From positions 32,169 to 96,168 of the forward strand of contig JAWOEI010000092.1 of the NCBI GenBank assembly GCA_046482825.1: a DNA stretch of 64,000 nt. Direction: 5' to 3'. A program made the translations under genes and the position numbers. Below, piece after piece: positions 18,517-27,569 of the stretch (positions are counted from its first letter, which is position 1; each line of letters starts with the position of its first letter). Source of the stretch: Kiritimatiellia bacterium (GTDB taxonomy: Bacteria > Verrucomicrobiota > Kiritimatiellia > RFP12 > UBA1067). Below the pieces are notes generated by a model that made no database searches, had not been told where the DNA came from, and worked only from the letters and a program-made list of their open reading frames with translations.

Positions 18517-19410
18517 ATGGAGATAAACGAACTTAACAACAAATTCGCAACAGCCGGTCGGATCGCGTTCAGACAGTCAGCACAGGGTACAGCTGAAGCT
18601 GTTCTTGTCAACGGCTACGGTTCCTGTGAAATATCACTTTACGGCGGTCGCATTCTGAACTACCGCCCCATGGGACATACTCCCGCTCTGTTCACAGACA
18701 GCGAAAGCACACACCCGGAAGAAAAACCGATATGCGGGGGCATCCCTCTGTACTGGCCGTGGGTCGGTTCTTCGCCAGCAGAAAAACTTCCGCGGCACGG
18801 CTTTGCCCGCCTGATGCGCTGGGATGTTCTGTCGGCTTCGTGTGACAGCATAACTTCTGAAATCACGCTGGGCTTATCAAAAACAGAGGAATCTCTGAAA
18901 ATGTGGCCTTACAGCTTCGAACTCATACAGAAAATATCCCTCACAGACAATCTTTCCGTTGAAGTCACAACCGTCAACAAAGGCAGTACACCATTTGAAA
19001 TTTCACAATCGATCCACCCCTTCTTCAAACTCCGCGACATCACACAAACAAAGGTCATAGGGCTGGAAAATATTGGATACACCAACCTTTTGACAGGAAA
19101 CAAATCCGTTCAGAACGGCCCCTTTAGCATAGACAAAGAAACATATCTCATATACAGTGCGAAAAATCAGTCCTGCGCTCTGCGTGAAAGCGGAACAGGA
19201 CGAAGCATTCTGATTGCAACAGACGGCGCGGACAAAATGATTGTGTGGAACCCTTGGGATAACAAAACAGAAACACCCGAAGGTTTCCAGAATGATGCAT
19301 ACCGTAAAATGATCGTCGTTGCGCCCGCTCACACAGCCGATGCGCCCGTCACCCTGAAACCAGCGGAAAGCATCACAATTAAAACTGCTATACAGATTAT
19401 GCTTTCATGA
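18517..19410 (+). CDS. D-hexose-6-phosphate mutarotase (aldose 1-epimerase family, YeaD-like)
   Basis: GGIPLYWPWVG and LPRHGFARLMRW motifs; 297 aa. Confidence 0.75.
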   Translation: MEINELNNKFATAGRIAFRQSAQGTAEAVLVNGYGSCEISLYGGRILNYRPMGHTPALFTDSESTHPEEKPICGGIPLYWPWVGSSPAEKLPRHGFARLMRWDVLSASCDSITSEITLGLSKTEESLKMWPYSFELIQKISLTDNLSVEVTTVNKGSTPFEISQSIHPFFKLRDITQTKVIGLENIGYTNLLTGNKSVQNGPFSIDKETYLIYSAKNQSCALRESGTGRSILIATDGADKMIVWNPWDNKTETPEGFQNDAYRKMIVVAPAHTADAPVTLKPAESITIKTAIQIMLS

Positions 19411-19850
19411 AACAGTTAAAACGCTATATTCCGGCTCTGGCCGCCACCCTCCTGATACTCCTGCTTTCACTGGTGAATCCGGAAAAACTGCCTGATGTTT
19501 CGGCCTTGCATTTTGCAGGTGCGGATAAACTCATCCACCTGCTTATGTATGCTACCCTGACTGCCGCCTGGGGGTATGCTCTCCCGAAAGAAAAGCGCAG
19601 TGAAGTCCGCCTTCTTTTCATACTGGTGTTCGTAACCTCACTTTACGGGCTTCTGCTGGAATTCTGTCAGTCTTACTTCACAGCATCACGTTCAATGGAT
19701 AAACTTGATGCTCTGGCAAATCTTACAGGTGCTGTAACAGCGGCAGCTGCAATTTACGTCATTCGTAAATTGCAGCTGTCCGGTTCAGTGCCGTGTGGGG
19801 AGCACTGGCCTACGAAGAACTCAAAAGCCGCAAATCAGAAATCAGAATGA
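19407..19850 (+). CDS. VanZ-like family membrane protein
   Basis: 147 aa with 4 predicted TM helices and a DKLIHLLMYATL motif. Has a 4-nt overlap with the upstream gene. Confidence 0.6.
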   Translation: MKQLKRYIPALAATLLILLLSLVNPEKLPDVSALHFAGADKLIHLLMYATLTAAWGYALPKEKRSEVRLLFILVFVTSLYGLLLEFCQSYFTASRSMDKLDALANLTGAVTAAAAIYVIRKLQLSGSVPCGEHWPTKNSKAANQKSE

Positions 19851-19914
19851 TTACCGTAAAAAATTTTCACTGAATATCAGTTACCGCTGCTTTGCCAGGA
19901 AGAAACGGTTCCAC

Positions 19915-21219
19915 ATGCAGAATACAGATCTATTTTCAGAAAACAACGCCGGCACAACTCCACTGGCTGCCGCGATGCGTCCTGCAACCCTGGATGATAT
20001 TGTCGGACAGCGCCATATTCTGGGAGAAGGCAAGCTTCTGCGCCGTGTAATTGAAGCGGACCGTCTGACCAACCTGATTTTCTACGGACCTCCCGGATGC
20101 GGTAAAACCACCTTGGCTGAAGTCATCGCCCGGGTTACTGAATGTCGTTTTGAACGTTCCAGCGGAGTGCTTTCCAATGTAGCGGCTCTGCGCAAGATAT
20201 GTGAAGAGGCAAGACTGGTACGCAACCGGCAGACCACCGTCCTGTTTATCGATGAAATACACCGCTTCAACAAATCACAGCAGGACACACTGCTCCCCTA
20301 TGTTGAAGACGGCAGTGTTATCCTGATCGGAGCTACAACACACAACCCCAATGTTTTTGTCAACTCACCGCTGACATCCCGCTCGCTGGTATTTGAACTA
20401 CAGCCGCTGGATGAAGATGATATTGTCATTCTGATTAAACGCGCTCTCAGCGATAAAATCCGCGGACTCGGCAATGCAGACGCCGTTATAAACGATGAAG
20501 CTGCCGCTTTCCTGGCAACAATCTGCGATGGAGACGCCCGCCGTGCGCTGACTGCACTTGAGGTTGCAGTACGTTCAACGCCACACTCGGAGGATGGTGT
20601 TGTTCATATTACAACTGATGTAATGCAGGACTGTGTACAGCGCAGGATGGTCCTTTACGACCGCAACGAAGACGGGCATTACGATACTATTTCAGCTTTC
20701 ATTAAATCTGTCCGCGGCTCGGATCCTGATGCTGCCGTGTACTGGCTGGCAAAGATGATAGAAGCGGGGGAAGACCCCCGTTTTATAGCCCGGCGCCTCA
20801 TTATCCTGGCATCCGAAGATATAGGCAATGCGGATCCCCGCGGTCTGACACTCGCAGTTTCCGCCATGCAGGCGGTCTCTTTTATCGGCATGCCGGAAGC
20901 ACGCATAACCCTGGCACAGGCGACAACCTATCTGGCCACATCACCGAAAAGCAACGCCTCATACAAAGCAGTTGATGATGCCTTGCGGGATATCCGTTCA
21001 GGACGTGTAATGGCTGTTCCCGAACACCTCAGGAATATGCATGTCAAATCGTACGGAAAAGATCTGGACAATGCGGAATACAGATATCCGCACGATTTCA
21101 AGGATACAAAAGCGGAACAGGATTACATTCCTGTGAACAGAACCTATTACCGGCCTGTTGAACGCGGTTATGAGGATACCATCAGAAAGCGCATGGAACG
21201 CTTTCGCCGGAAAAAATAA
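19915..21219 (+). CDS. rarA: replication-associated recombination protein A (AAA+ ATPase MgsA/RarA)
   Basis: GPPGCGKTTLA Walker A, LFIDEIHRFNK and the YWLAKMIEAGEDPRFIARRL motif. The start is trimmed to ATG 19915; the ORF track begins at 19795, inside the VanZ gene. Confidence 0.9.
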   Translation: MQNTDLFSENNAGTTPLAAAMRPATLDDIVGQRHILGEGKLLRRVIEADRLTNLIFYGPPGCGKTTLAEVIARVTECRFERSSGVLSNVAALRKICEEARLVRNRQTTVLFIDEIHRFNKSQQDTLLPYVEDGSVILIGATTHNPNVFVNSPLTSRSLVFELQPLDEDDIVILIKRALSDKIRGLGNADAVINDEAAAFLATICDGDARRALTALEVAVRSTPHSEDGVVHITTDVMQDCVQRRMVLYDRNEDGHYDTISAFIKSVRGSDPDAAVYWLAKMIEAGEDPRFIARRLIILASEDIGNADPRGLTLAVSAMQAVSFIGMPEARITLAQATTYLATSPKSNASYKAVDDALRDIRSGRVMAVPEHLRNMHVKSYGKDLDNAEYRYPHDFKDTKAEQDYIPVNRTYYRPVERGYEDTIRKRMERFRRKK

Positions 21220-21248
21220 GTTCCTTAATTTCAAATGCCGCAAACAGT

Positions 21249-22958
21249 TTAAAGTTCCCAGTCGGAATCACAGGCGGTTTTGGAACTTGCAAAACACGAA
21301 ACCAGCTCATCCGAAGCATACAGCTCAGCCATACCCCTATTAACTGAGATTTTCAGATTCTCTTTCCCCCGGTTTCTGAGAATATCCGCCAGAGTAAGCG
21401 CCTTTTCCAGACCGTCGCCGCGTTGAAAGTTCCAGACTTCATCCGGCTGCGCAAGACGCACCGGCCCATCGTAAATCGAATCATCCGGCCAACTCCTGAG
21501 AAGCGATATCACCTCATCCCCGCTGAGATCCGCGGATTGCCCGACACATACAGGATTACGCTCCATTGCCGCTTTCAGAAAAGGATGAGGATCGGTTGAA
21601 ATAAAATCCCTGTAGGAATAAAAAGCCATATCGACGGTCACATTTTCAGATCGCAATTTCTGAAGATACGCGATAATCTCATTACGGCTCATCTCTGCAG
21701 AAAGTGATATTGCAGGTTCTGACTCGTCAACATTCACACGTTCAATATCCGGCAGACGAGGTTTCGTATGACAGAAATCAACGAGGTGTTCAACCAGGTA
21801 ATCCGCGGTCACACAGCTGTCACCGATTTTATGCATCAACTCCCTGCGGTCCTTTTCATCATCAAGGTCAACAGAGTGTGTTTTTATAAATTCCTCAACT
21901 TCATTGAAAACACATTTGCAGGGCGGATATGAAAACGAATACTCCTCAACCGGAATACTTTCCAGCAGTTTATCACGGGTGGGACCGGTCGCCCGGTAAG
22001 CGCTGTCACCTTCAAAATCAAACACCTCTTCCATCGGAAGATAGCGCATTCCTCCACACATTTTATGACGGACGACAAAAGACTTTCTGCAATCACGATT
22101 ATGACGCAGAAAATTACCGAGTATTTCCGGAGTTAAACGGGTCTTTAAATATTTATTCAGTTTTTCAGATAATTTTTCAAAACGATAACGCGGCATGGTT
22201 GCGCGGTCATACAATACATGTATCCAGCCGGTTGAATGCGACACGACATTTACCTGTTCATTTTCCAGAGCTCTACGCGCCTGGCTGGATATCTGTGTTC
22301 CGTTAAACCACATCGATTTAGTCACCAGGCGCCTGTTATTGATAAGCACGCCGTCACGCACATCAACAAAACTCTGCGAATGCAGCGGTGTTGCCATCAT
22401 ATAAATATCTTCAAGCGGAATACGCCCCACCACAAAAAGAGCCGCAACATAAAGTGCAGCAAGCGACACACACTCACCTGCACCGCTTTCAAAACCTTCA
22501 CGATACCGGAAAGCATCCATGGCCTCGACAGTCTCGGTTTTCCAGAAAGGGATAGTATCGCTTGAATACTTATCCAATCCGAAGTGAGTGCGGATATCAA
22601 TGTCAAAATAATAGGCGTCTCCCTGATAACCGAAAAGCGCATTTGAAGAGGATATCAGCTCCGGATCAAGAATATCCTTGAAACGTTCCAGCTGTTCCTT
22701 CTGTGTTGTCAGTCCCCATGTATCCAGATCAAGATTAAACACATAGTTATCCATGATGTACTGCCGCAGACGTCGTATGCGTTTATAGGGACGCATTTTC
22801 TCTATGCCGTCAAACCAGGGGTCTTCCCGCCAACGCCAGATACGGGGCGACATGATATCAGCCAGCACCAGTGAATACATCAGCTCAGGAAAAACAAATA
22901 TCTCCATATCAGAAAGACTGACTGCCGACGACCGCATTTCCCTCTCTCTTAACGTCAT
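21249..22958 (-). CDS. hypothetical protein with transglutaminase-like Cys-His-Asp core (inference)
   Basis: GAGECVSLAALYVAALFVVGRIPLEDIYMMATPLHSQSFVDV resembles the G-x-C...A-x-L...G-I-P...H...D papain-like transglutaminase core (Cys163, His193, Asp199 in ORF numbering). It lies 43 nt downstream of the AsmA-like gene. Confidence 0.4.
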   Translation of the reverse strand: MTLREREMRSSAVSLSDMEIFVFPELMYSLVLADIMSPRIWRWREDPWFDGIEKMRPYKRIRRLRQYIMDNYVFNLDLDTWGLTTQKEQLERFKDILDPELISSSNALFGYQGDAYYFDIDIRTHFGLDKYSSDTIPFWKTETVEAMDAFRYREGFESGAGECVSLAALYVAALFVVGRIPLEDIYMMATPLHSQSFVDVRDGVLINNRRLVTKSMWFNGTQISSQARRALENEQVNVVSHSTGWIHVLYDRATMPRYRFEKLSEKLNKYLKTRLTPEILGNFLRHNRDCRKSFVVRHKMCGGMRYLPMEEVFDFEGDSAYRATGPTRDKLLESIPVEEYSFSYPPCKCVFNEVEEFIKTHSVDLDDEKDRRELMHKIGDSCVTADYLVEHLVDFCHTKPRLPDIERVNVDESEPAISLSAEMSRNEIIAYLQKLRSENVTVDMAFYSYRDFISTDPHPFLKAAMERNPVCVGQSADLSGDEVISLLRSWPDDSIYDGPVRLAQPDEVWNFQRGDGLEKALTLADILRNRGKENLKISVNRGMAELYASDELVSCFASSKTACDSDWEL

Positions 22959-23001
22959 AAAACTCCTTTAAAAATATCAGTACACAACTCTGTAAACAGC
23001 T

Positions 23002-26000
23002 TTATTCAAGTTCCTTCTTCAGTTCTTCCAGAAAATTGCCCACCCCTTTCAAAGCATCGTCTCCCAGAGTGTTTTTAATGAAACCGCCAAAAGCTTTTTC
23101 AAGAGCACCGGTAGCCAGACGGGGATTATCGACGGTGCCGGTGACCGGCACTTTGACAGTAAGGTTTCCGGGCAGGTTCAATCCGGTTTTACGGACAATG
23201 GTATCGCCGAGAGGAATCTCAATCAGATAATCTATCGTTGAATCAAACCCCGCACTGCCGCTGAAAATAACGGGCTGTCCGGAAAAAACCATTGTCATGG
23301 GTTCCAGATAAATACGTTCTTTTCTGATAATAACATGCATGGGAAGATGTTCAACCCTGTAAACGGAAGTCTTCACATTTATCATGGAAAGAAGATTGCG
23401 CATTACAGGTGACAGCGTCATACTCACATTCTCCAGCACAATGTCCGCATCCATATACAGATCTTCATGACCCGTCTTCGGACCGGAAACAAAGCTGTTC
23501 ATCCTGAAACCGGCCGTACCGCGATGCACACGGCTGTCCTGAAACATGGGATTACAGTTTACCAGCAGTTTATCAACCATATCCTGGGTAATCTTAACCT
23601 TTTTCAGCATCTCCAGCTTTTCAGGAAACATCAACGATATTCCCCTGGGAGTGAATTCCAGCACAGGACTGAACTTTAAACGCCCTCCGTTCAGCACCGG
23701 CTGCCAGTCACATTGCAAACTCCTGTTTTTCATTTCCAGCGCGATCTCAGCACCGCCAGCGCTCAGCCCCAGTCCTTTCAGGGATGCCAGATAAGCTGAA
23801 CCTGCAAAAAAACCTTTTTGTGTAAAATCCCCGGTTAAAGGTCCTTTTAATTCAAAAGAACTTTTTCTGCGGCCGCTGAGAGTCCATTCATCAATACCAC
23901 GCACGCGCAGCAAACGATTGACAGCACCGAAATCAATCTCCGTTTCACCGTGCAGATCTGCATTTCTGTCATTCAGAAAATCATTGACACTACCGTCAGC
24001 GGATATGTCTATCAGGGAGGAATCAAACTTTAAAGACCTCACAAGAGCATCACGGCCATTCTCTCTAACAAACAGATGCAAATTCATTTCAGCCTGTTTT
24101 TCATGAAAGCATATCTCTTTGTCGGCAAACACATAGAAATCACTGAGGATTACGTTTACATTCATTTCCGATCCTGAATCATCGCCCTCTGCATCAAGGG
24201 CAATCCCGGCATCTCCGCGCATCCGGTTGCAGGTGTTTGCATCTGATGAAAAAAAGGAACTTAGAACACGCATATCCAGCAATGCATCTGCGTTCCCTTT
24301 AAATTTCACACCCTCTCCGTCTTCGGACAAGCCGACAAACCAATCCGGTATCTCCAGATCAATAAAACCCGAGTTTATTCTGACATCTTTTAAAGAAAGG
24401 CCGCCTTTACCCGCATCATAAACAGCCGATCCCTGAAAAAGCATTTCCGGTTCGCTGATTTTCTGTCCGGCCATGTTGACAACAATATTCTCGCCGACAC
24501 CGTTCACACGCATTTTCGCCACGTTATTAGCGCATTCAACTGCGGAATTCAGAACAACAGCACCATGGCTGTCAAGTGCATTCATATACGCCGGACGCTT
24601 CATCAGAAGGCCGCCAGCTCTGATCAGATCGTTAATCCACACATCGGCATTCATAGAGAAACCACGCAGGACAGGCAAATCCGCTCCATCCTGAACAGGC
24701 ACAAGACGCTTTGCAGCACCATGCAACCGGCTTTGATTCAAGCGAAGATCATATTCCACATCCCTTAAACTGACATCCGACGTATCAGCGGCTTTGCCCA
24801 CACCGTCCACCAGACCTTTGAAAGTGAAACTTCCCTCTTTCACAGAACTTGCTCCTGCACCTGCAGAGGTTACATTTAAACGCGTAAATTTAGCGATGCA
24901 GTCCAGAAAAGAAGAATCACCGGAAGGTCGCGTTGAAAGATTGAAGTTGACAGCTCCCCCTGAAGCAAAACCGCTTTTAAAGACCCCTCCGAAATCCTCG
25001 TAAAACCGCGATAAATCCACGTATCCTTTGACAACTCCCTGCCGTATATTTCCTTTACCGTAAATATCGGCGAAAGAAGCCTGCAAGCGTAACTCTTCGA
25101 TCTCGGAAAGAGCATCATCAGGAACACGCACCTTAAGCAGAAGTGACGTGTCCTGTTTCAGGGAAAGCGGTATTTCCCGATACCGCATGGACAGATCCGA
25201 AGTCTGCAGAGATGTTTCAAAGCGCTTTCCGCCGGAAAAATCCTTTACCATGAATGATCCGCTCAGTGTGCCTCCGGATACATGCAGATCATCATTCACA
25301 GGCAGCAAATCACGGAAATCTCTTACTGTAGCGGCGATATCCATATCAATATCAGCCTCGATATCACCGCTGAGCTTTCGCAATGCGTAAATCTGTTTCA
25401 AAGAACCGCGAAGACTGATCTGCCCCCAGGGTGAAGACAGCTCGCATTTACGAAAAACACAGAGATCATCCTTTATCCCGGCATCCACAAGCAAGGCGAC
25501 ATCACCTGCCGGAGAAAGCTTTCCCCCGGCGCTTTTCACCTGCATCTTTTCGATCAGCAGACCTCCCTCGACATCAAGGGTTTTAATACCGCCTGAACGT
25601 TCCACAGTCACAGCGCCTTCAGCAATACCGGCAGACGGCAACACAGGGAATCCGCCCAATTCAAGTACCGCCGCCAAATCAGCAAGATTTATCTTGTCCA
25701 GCTGAAGTACCACCTTGTCAGCATACTCCGAATCCCCGCCGTTAATCAGAGAGTTTATGCTCTGCAGGCTTGCTGTTAAACCAATCGTCCCCTTCCCGGC
25801 TGCCCCGCTGATATTAAAGCCGAAAGGCTTCCAGAATGAATCAAGAACCAGACGTCCGTGCAAGTTATGGCTTTTCAGAAGCGTCCTGCCATTATACATG
25901 ACCATAAGAGTGCCGTTCTTCAGCAGCAGCGTGCCGCCTATATCCACAGCGGGCATAAAAAAAGCTCTGCCGTCCGATGCATCGGCATTGCCACTCTTTG

Positions 26001-26430
26001 ATTTATCCGTTTTCGCTTCATGAAAATCACAGCTCACCTCCGGAGATTCCAGAACGATCTCCCCCAGCGACAGCTTACCGACAGGAACAAGCGCAAAAAT
26101 ACCCTTTGCGAAAATCACACTTTCAACATCGACACGCAGACCTTCATCGGGAGCACGGTACTCCACACCATGCAGACACAACGGACCGAAGAAACCCGCA
26201 TCCCAATCATGCACCGCAAGCTCCGCCGGAGCGATTACGCTGTTGATTTCAGACAGAAGCCACAGTCTGCCGAAATCAGTAGTCAGCAGAAACGCCAGAA
26301 GAGACGTCAGTAACAGAACCACCCCGACAGAAACAGCGGCAGCACGGAACAACCAGCCAAGGCAACCTCTCTTAACTCCGTCACGCACATCATCGCAATC
26401 ATCATATGTTTCGTTTCCACTGAAATCCAT
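23002..26430 (-). CDS. AsmA/TamB-like large envelope protein
   Basis: 1142 aa with a single N-terminal TM helix (AAAVSVGVVLLLTSLLAFLL), a long beta-rich body, and a C-terminal KVPVTGTVDNPRL motif typical of the AsmA family. Confidence 0.55.
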   Translation of the reverse strand: MDFSGNETYDDCDDVRDGVKRGCLGWLFRAAAVSVGVVLLLTSLLAFLLTTDFGRLWLLSEINSVIAPAELAVHDWDAGFFGPLCLHGVEYRAPDEGLRVDVESVIFAKGIFALVPVGKLSLGEIVLESPEVSCDFHEAKTDKSKSGNADASDGRAFFMPAVDIGGTLLLKNGTLMVMYNGRTLLKSHNLHGRLVLDSFWKPFGFNISGAAGKGTIGLTASLQSINSLINGGDSEYADKVVLQLDKINLADLAAVLELGGFPVLPSAGIAEGAVTVERSGGIKTLDVEGGLLIEKMQVKSAGGKLSPAGDVALLVDAGIKDDLCVFRKCELSSPWGQISLRGSLKQIYALRKLSGDIEADIDMDIAATVRDFRDLLPVNDDLHVSGGTLSGSFMVKDFSGGKRFETSLQTSDLSMRYREIPLSLKQDTSLLLKVRVPDDALSEIEELRLQASFADIYGKGNIRQGVVKGYVDLSRFYEDFGGVFKSGFASGGAVNFNLSTRPSGDSSFLDCIAKFTRLNVTSAGAGASSVKEGSFTFKGLVDGVGKAADTSDVSLRDVEYDLRLNQSRLHGAAKRLVPVQDGADLPVLRGFSMNADVWINDLIRAGGLLMKRPAYMNALDSHGAVVLNSAVECANNVAKMRVNGVGENIVVNMAGQKISEPEMLFQGSAVYDAGKGGLSLKDVRINSGFIDLEIPDWFVGLSEDGEGVKFKGNADALLDMRVLSSFFSSDANTCNRMRGDAGIALDAEGDDSGSEMNVNVILSDFYVFADKEICFHEKQAEMNLHLFVRENGRDALVRSLKFDSSLIDISADGSVNDFLNDRNADLHGETEIDFGAVNRLLRVRGIDEWTLSGRRKSSFELKGPLTGDFTQKGFFAGSAYLASLKGLGLSAGGAEIALEMKNRSLQCDWQPVLNGGRLKFSPVLEFTPRGISLMFPEKLEMLKKVKITQDMVDKLLVNCNPMFQDSRVHRGTAGFRMNSFVSGPKTGHEDLYMDADIVLENVSMTLSPVMRNLLSMINVKTSVYRVEHLPMHVIIRKERIYLEPMTMVFSGQPVIFSGSAGFDSTIDYLIEIPLGDTIVRKTGLNLPGNLTVKVPVTGTVDNPRLATGALEKAFGGFIKNTLGDDALKGVGNFLEELKKELE

Positions 26431-26551
26431 TTACGCTCCCCTGAATCGGTTACAATATATCAAAAATCCGGCATGACGGAAAGATGAGGATTTTTCACTG
26501 CGCCCATATTTCAGCAAACCGATATTCTTTCTTCATTCCAGGCCCCTCATT

Positions 26552-26560
26552 TGCTATAAT
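26552..26560 (+). promoter_or_regulatory. extended -10 TGCTATAAT upstream of kduI
   Basis: About 80 nt upstream of ATG 26643. The same 9-mer occurs at 1957-1965 and 46216-46224. Confidence 0.45.
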
Positions 26561-26642
26561 CAAGCCAGAAATTCGGCATATTCAGTTATTCAAAACAACT
26601 TGGATAAAAAAATTTAAAACTTTTATAGAAGGAATTTTTATT

Positions 26643-27476
26643 ATGCGTACCATAGAAGCTTCTGACCGTAATTCCGTTAAAAGAATGAATACCAGCGAAC
26701 TCAGAGAAAATTTTGTGATCAGCGATCTTTTCATTCCCAGCGAGATCACCACAGTTTATACCAATGTGGATCGCGCCGTAGTAGGCGGTATTGTGCCAGT
26801 CAACACCCCCCTGGAAATGACCGGCGGTCGGGAAATGGCCTGTGATAACTTCTGCGACCGTCGTGAAGCGGGAATAATCAACCTTGGCGCATCAGGTGTA
26901 ATAGAAGTTGACGGAAACTCATTTGAACTTGCACCCCGCGAATGTCTGTACATAGGCAAGGGAAGTAAAAGCATCATATTCACGAGTGCGGACGCATCTG
27001 CACCGGCCCAATTCTATCTTGTTTCTTATCCTGCACATGCGGCCTACCCCACAACCAAAGCAGCTGTATCCGATGCCAATATTATAGAACTGGGTTCCGA
27101 CGCGGAAGCCAACAGACGAACCCTCTATCAATACATCTGCCCAGGTTTCATAAAAAGCTGCCAGCTGGTAATGGGATTCACTGAACTGCATGAAGGCAAT
27201 GTATGGAACACCTTCCCGCCGCACACTCACGACAGGCGCACTGAAGTTTACTGTTATTTTGATCTGACATCAGAAAAAGGTAAAGTTCTGCATCTCATGG
27301 GAGAACCCGACGAAACCCGTCATCTTACGCTTACAGAAAAAGATGTCACCATTTCACCGCCATGGTCCATTCACAGTGGTGTCGGCACATGCAGTTATGC
27401 ATTTGTATGGGGCATGGGCGGCGAAAACCAGGTTTTCAGCGATATGGATCACTGCGATCTTGCGGACTTCCGGTAA
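26643..27476 (+). CDS. kduI: 5-dehydro-4-deoxy-D-glucuronate isomerase (4-deoxy-L-threo-5-hexosulose-uronate ketol-isomerase)
   Basis: Collinear with KduI as I recall it: VGGI.P, RREAGIINLG, CQLVMGFTEL..GNVWNT.P.HTH.RR.EVY.YF, and WSIHSGVGT..Y.F.WGM.GENQVF.DMDH. The start is trimmed from 26484 to ATG 26643. Confidence 0.9.
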   Translation: MRTIEASDRNSVKRMNTSELRENFVISDLFIPSEITTVYTNVDRAVVGGIVPVNTPLEMTGGREMACDNFCDRREAGIINLGASGVIEVDGNSFELAPRECLYIGKGSKSIIFTSADASAPAQFYLVSYPAHAAYPTTKAAVSDANIIELGSDAEANRRTLYQYICPGFIKSCQLVMGFTELHEGNVWNTFPPHTHDRRTEVYCYFDLTSEKGKVLHLMGEPDETRHLTLTEKDVTISPPWSIHSGVGTCSYAFVWGMGGENQVFSDMDHCDLADFR

Positions 27477-27569
27477 AGGCTAAAAGCAATATGAGAGTTA
27501 CGGGTTCTCATTGTGATCGCCGCACAAAAAAACGGTATTCAGTCAACTGTCTCAATAGCGGGAAAAACA

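Noticed and set aside
26484-26642. N-terminally extended ORF-track starts for kduI (26484), rarA (19795), lnt (44043), the LpxL-like gene (30835), dnaK (50720), rnhB (59451) and the serine hydrolase (33556).
   Set aside because: The extensions overlap upstream genes, repeats or promoters. They also precede the point where family homology begins. Internal ATGs with better context were chosen, and the true starts remain unverified.
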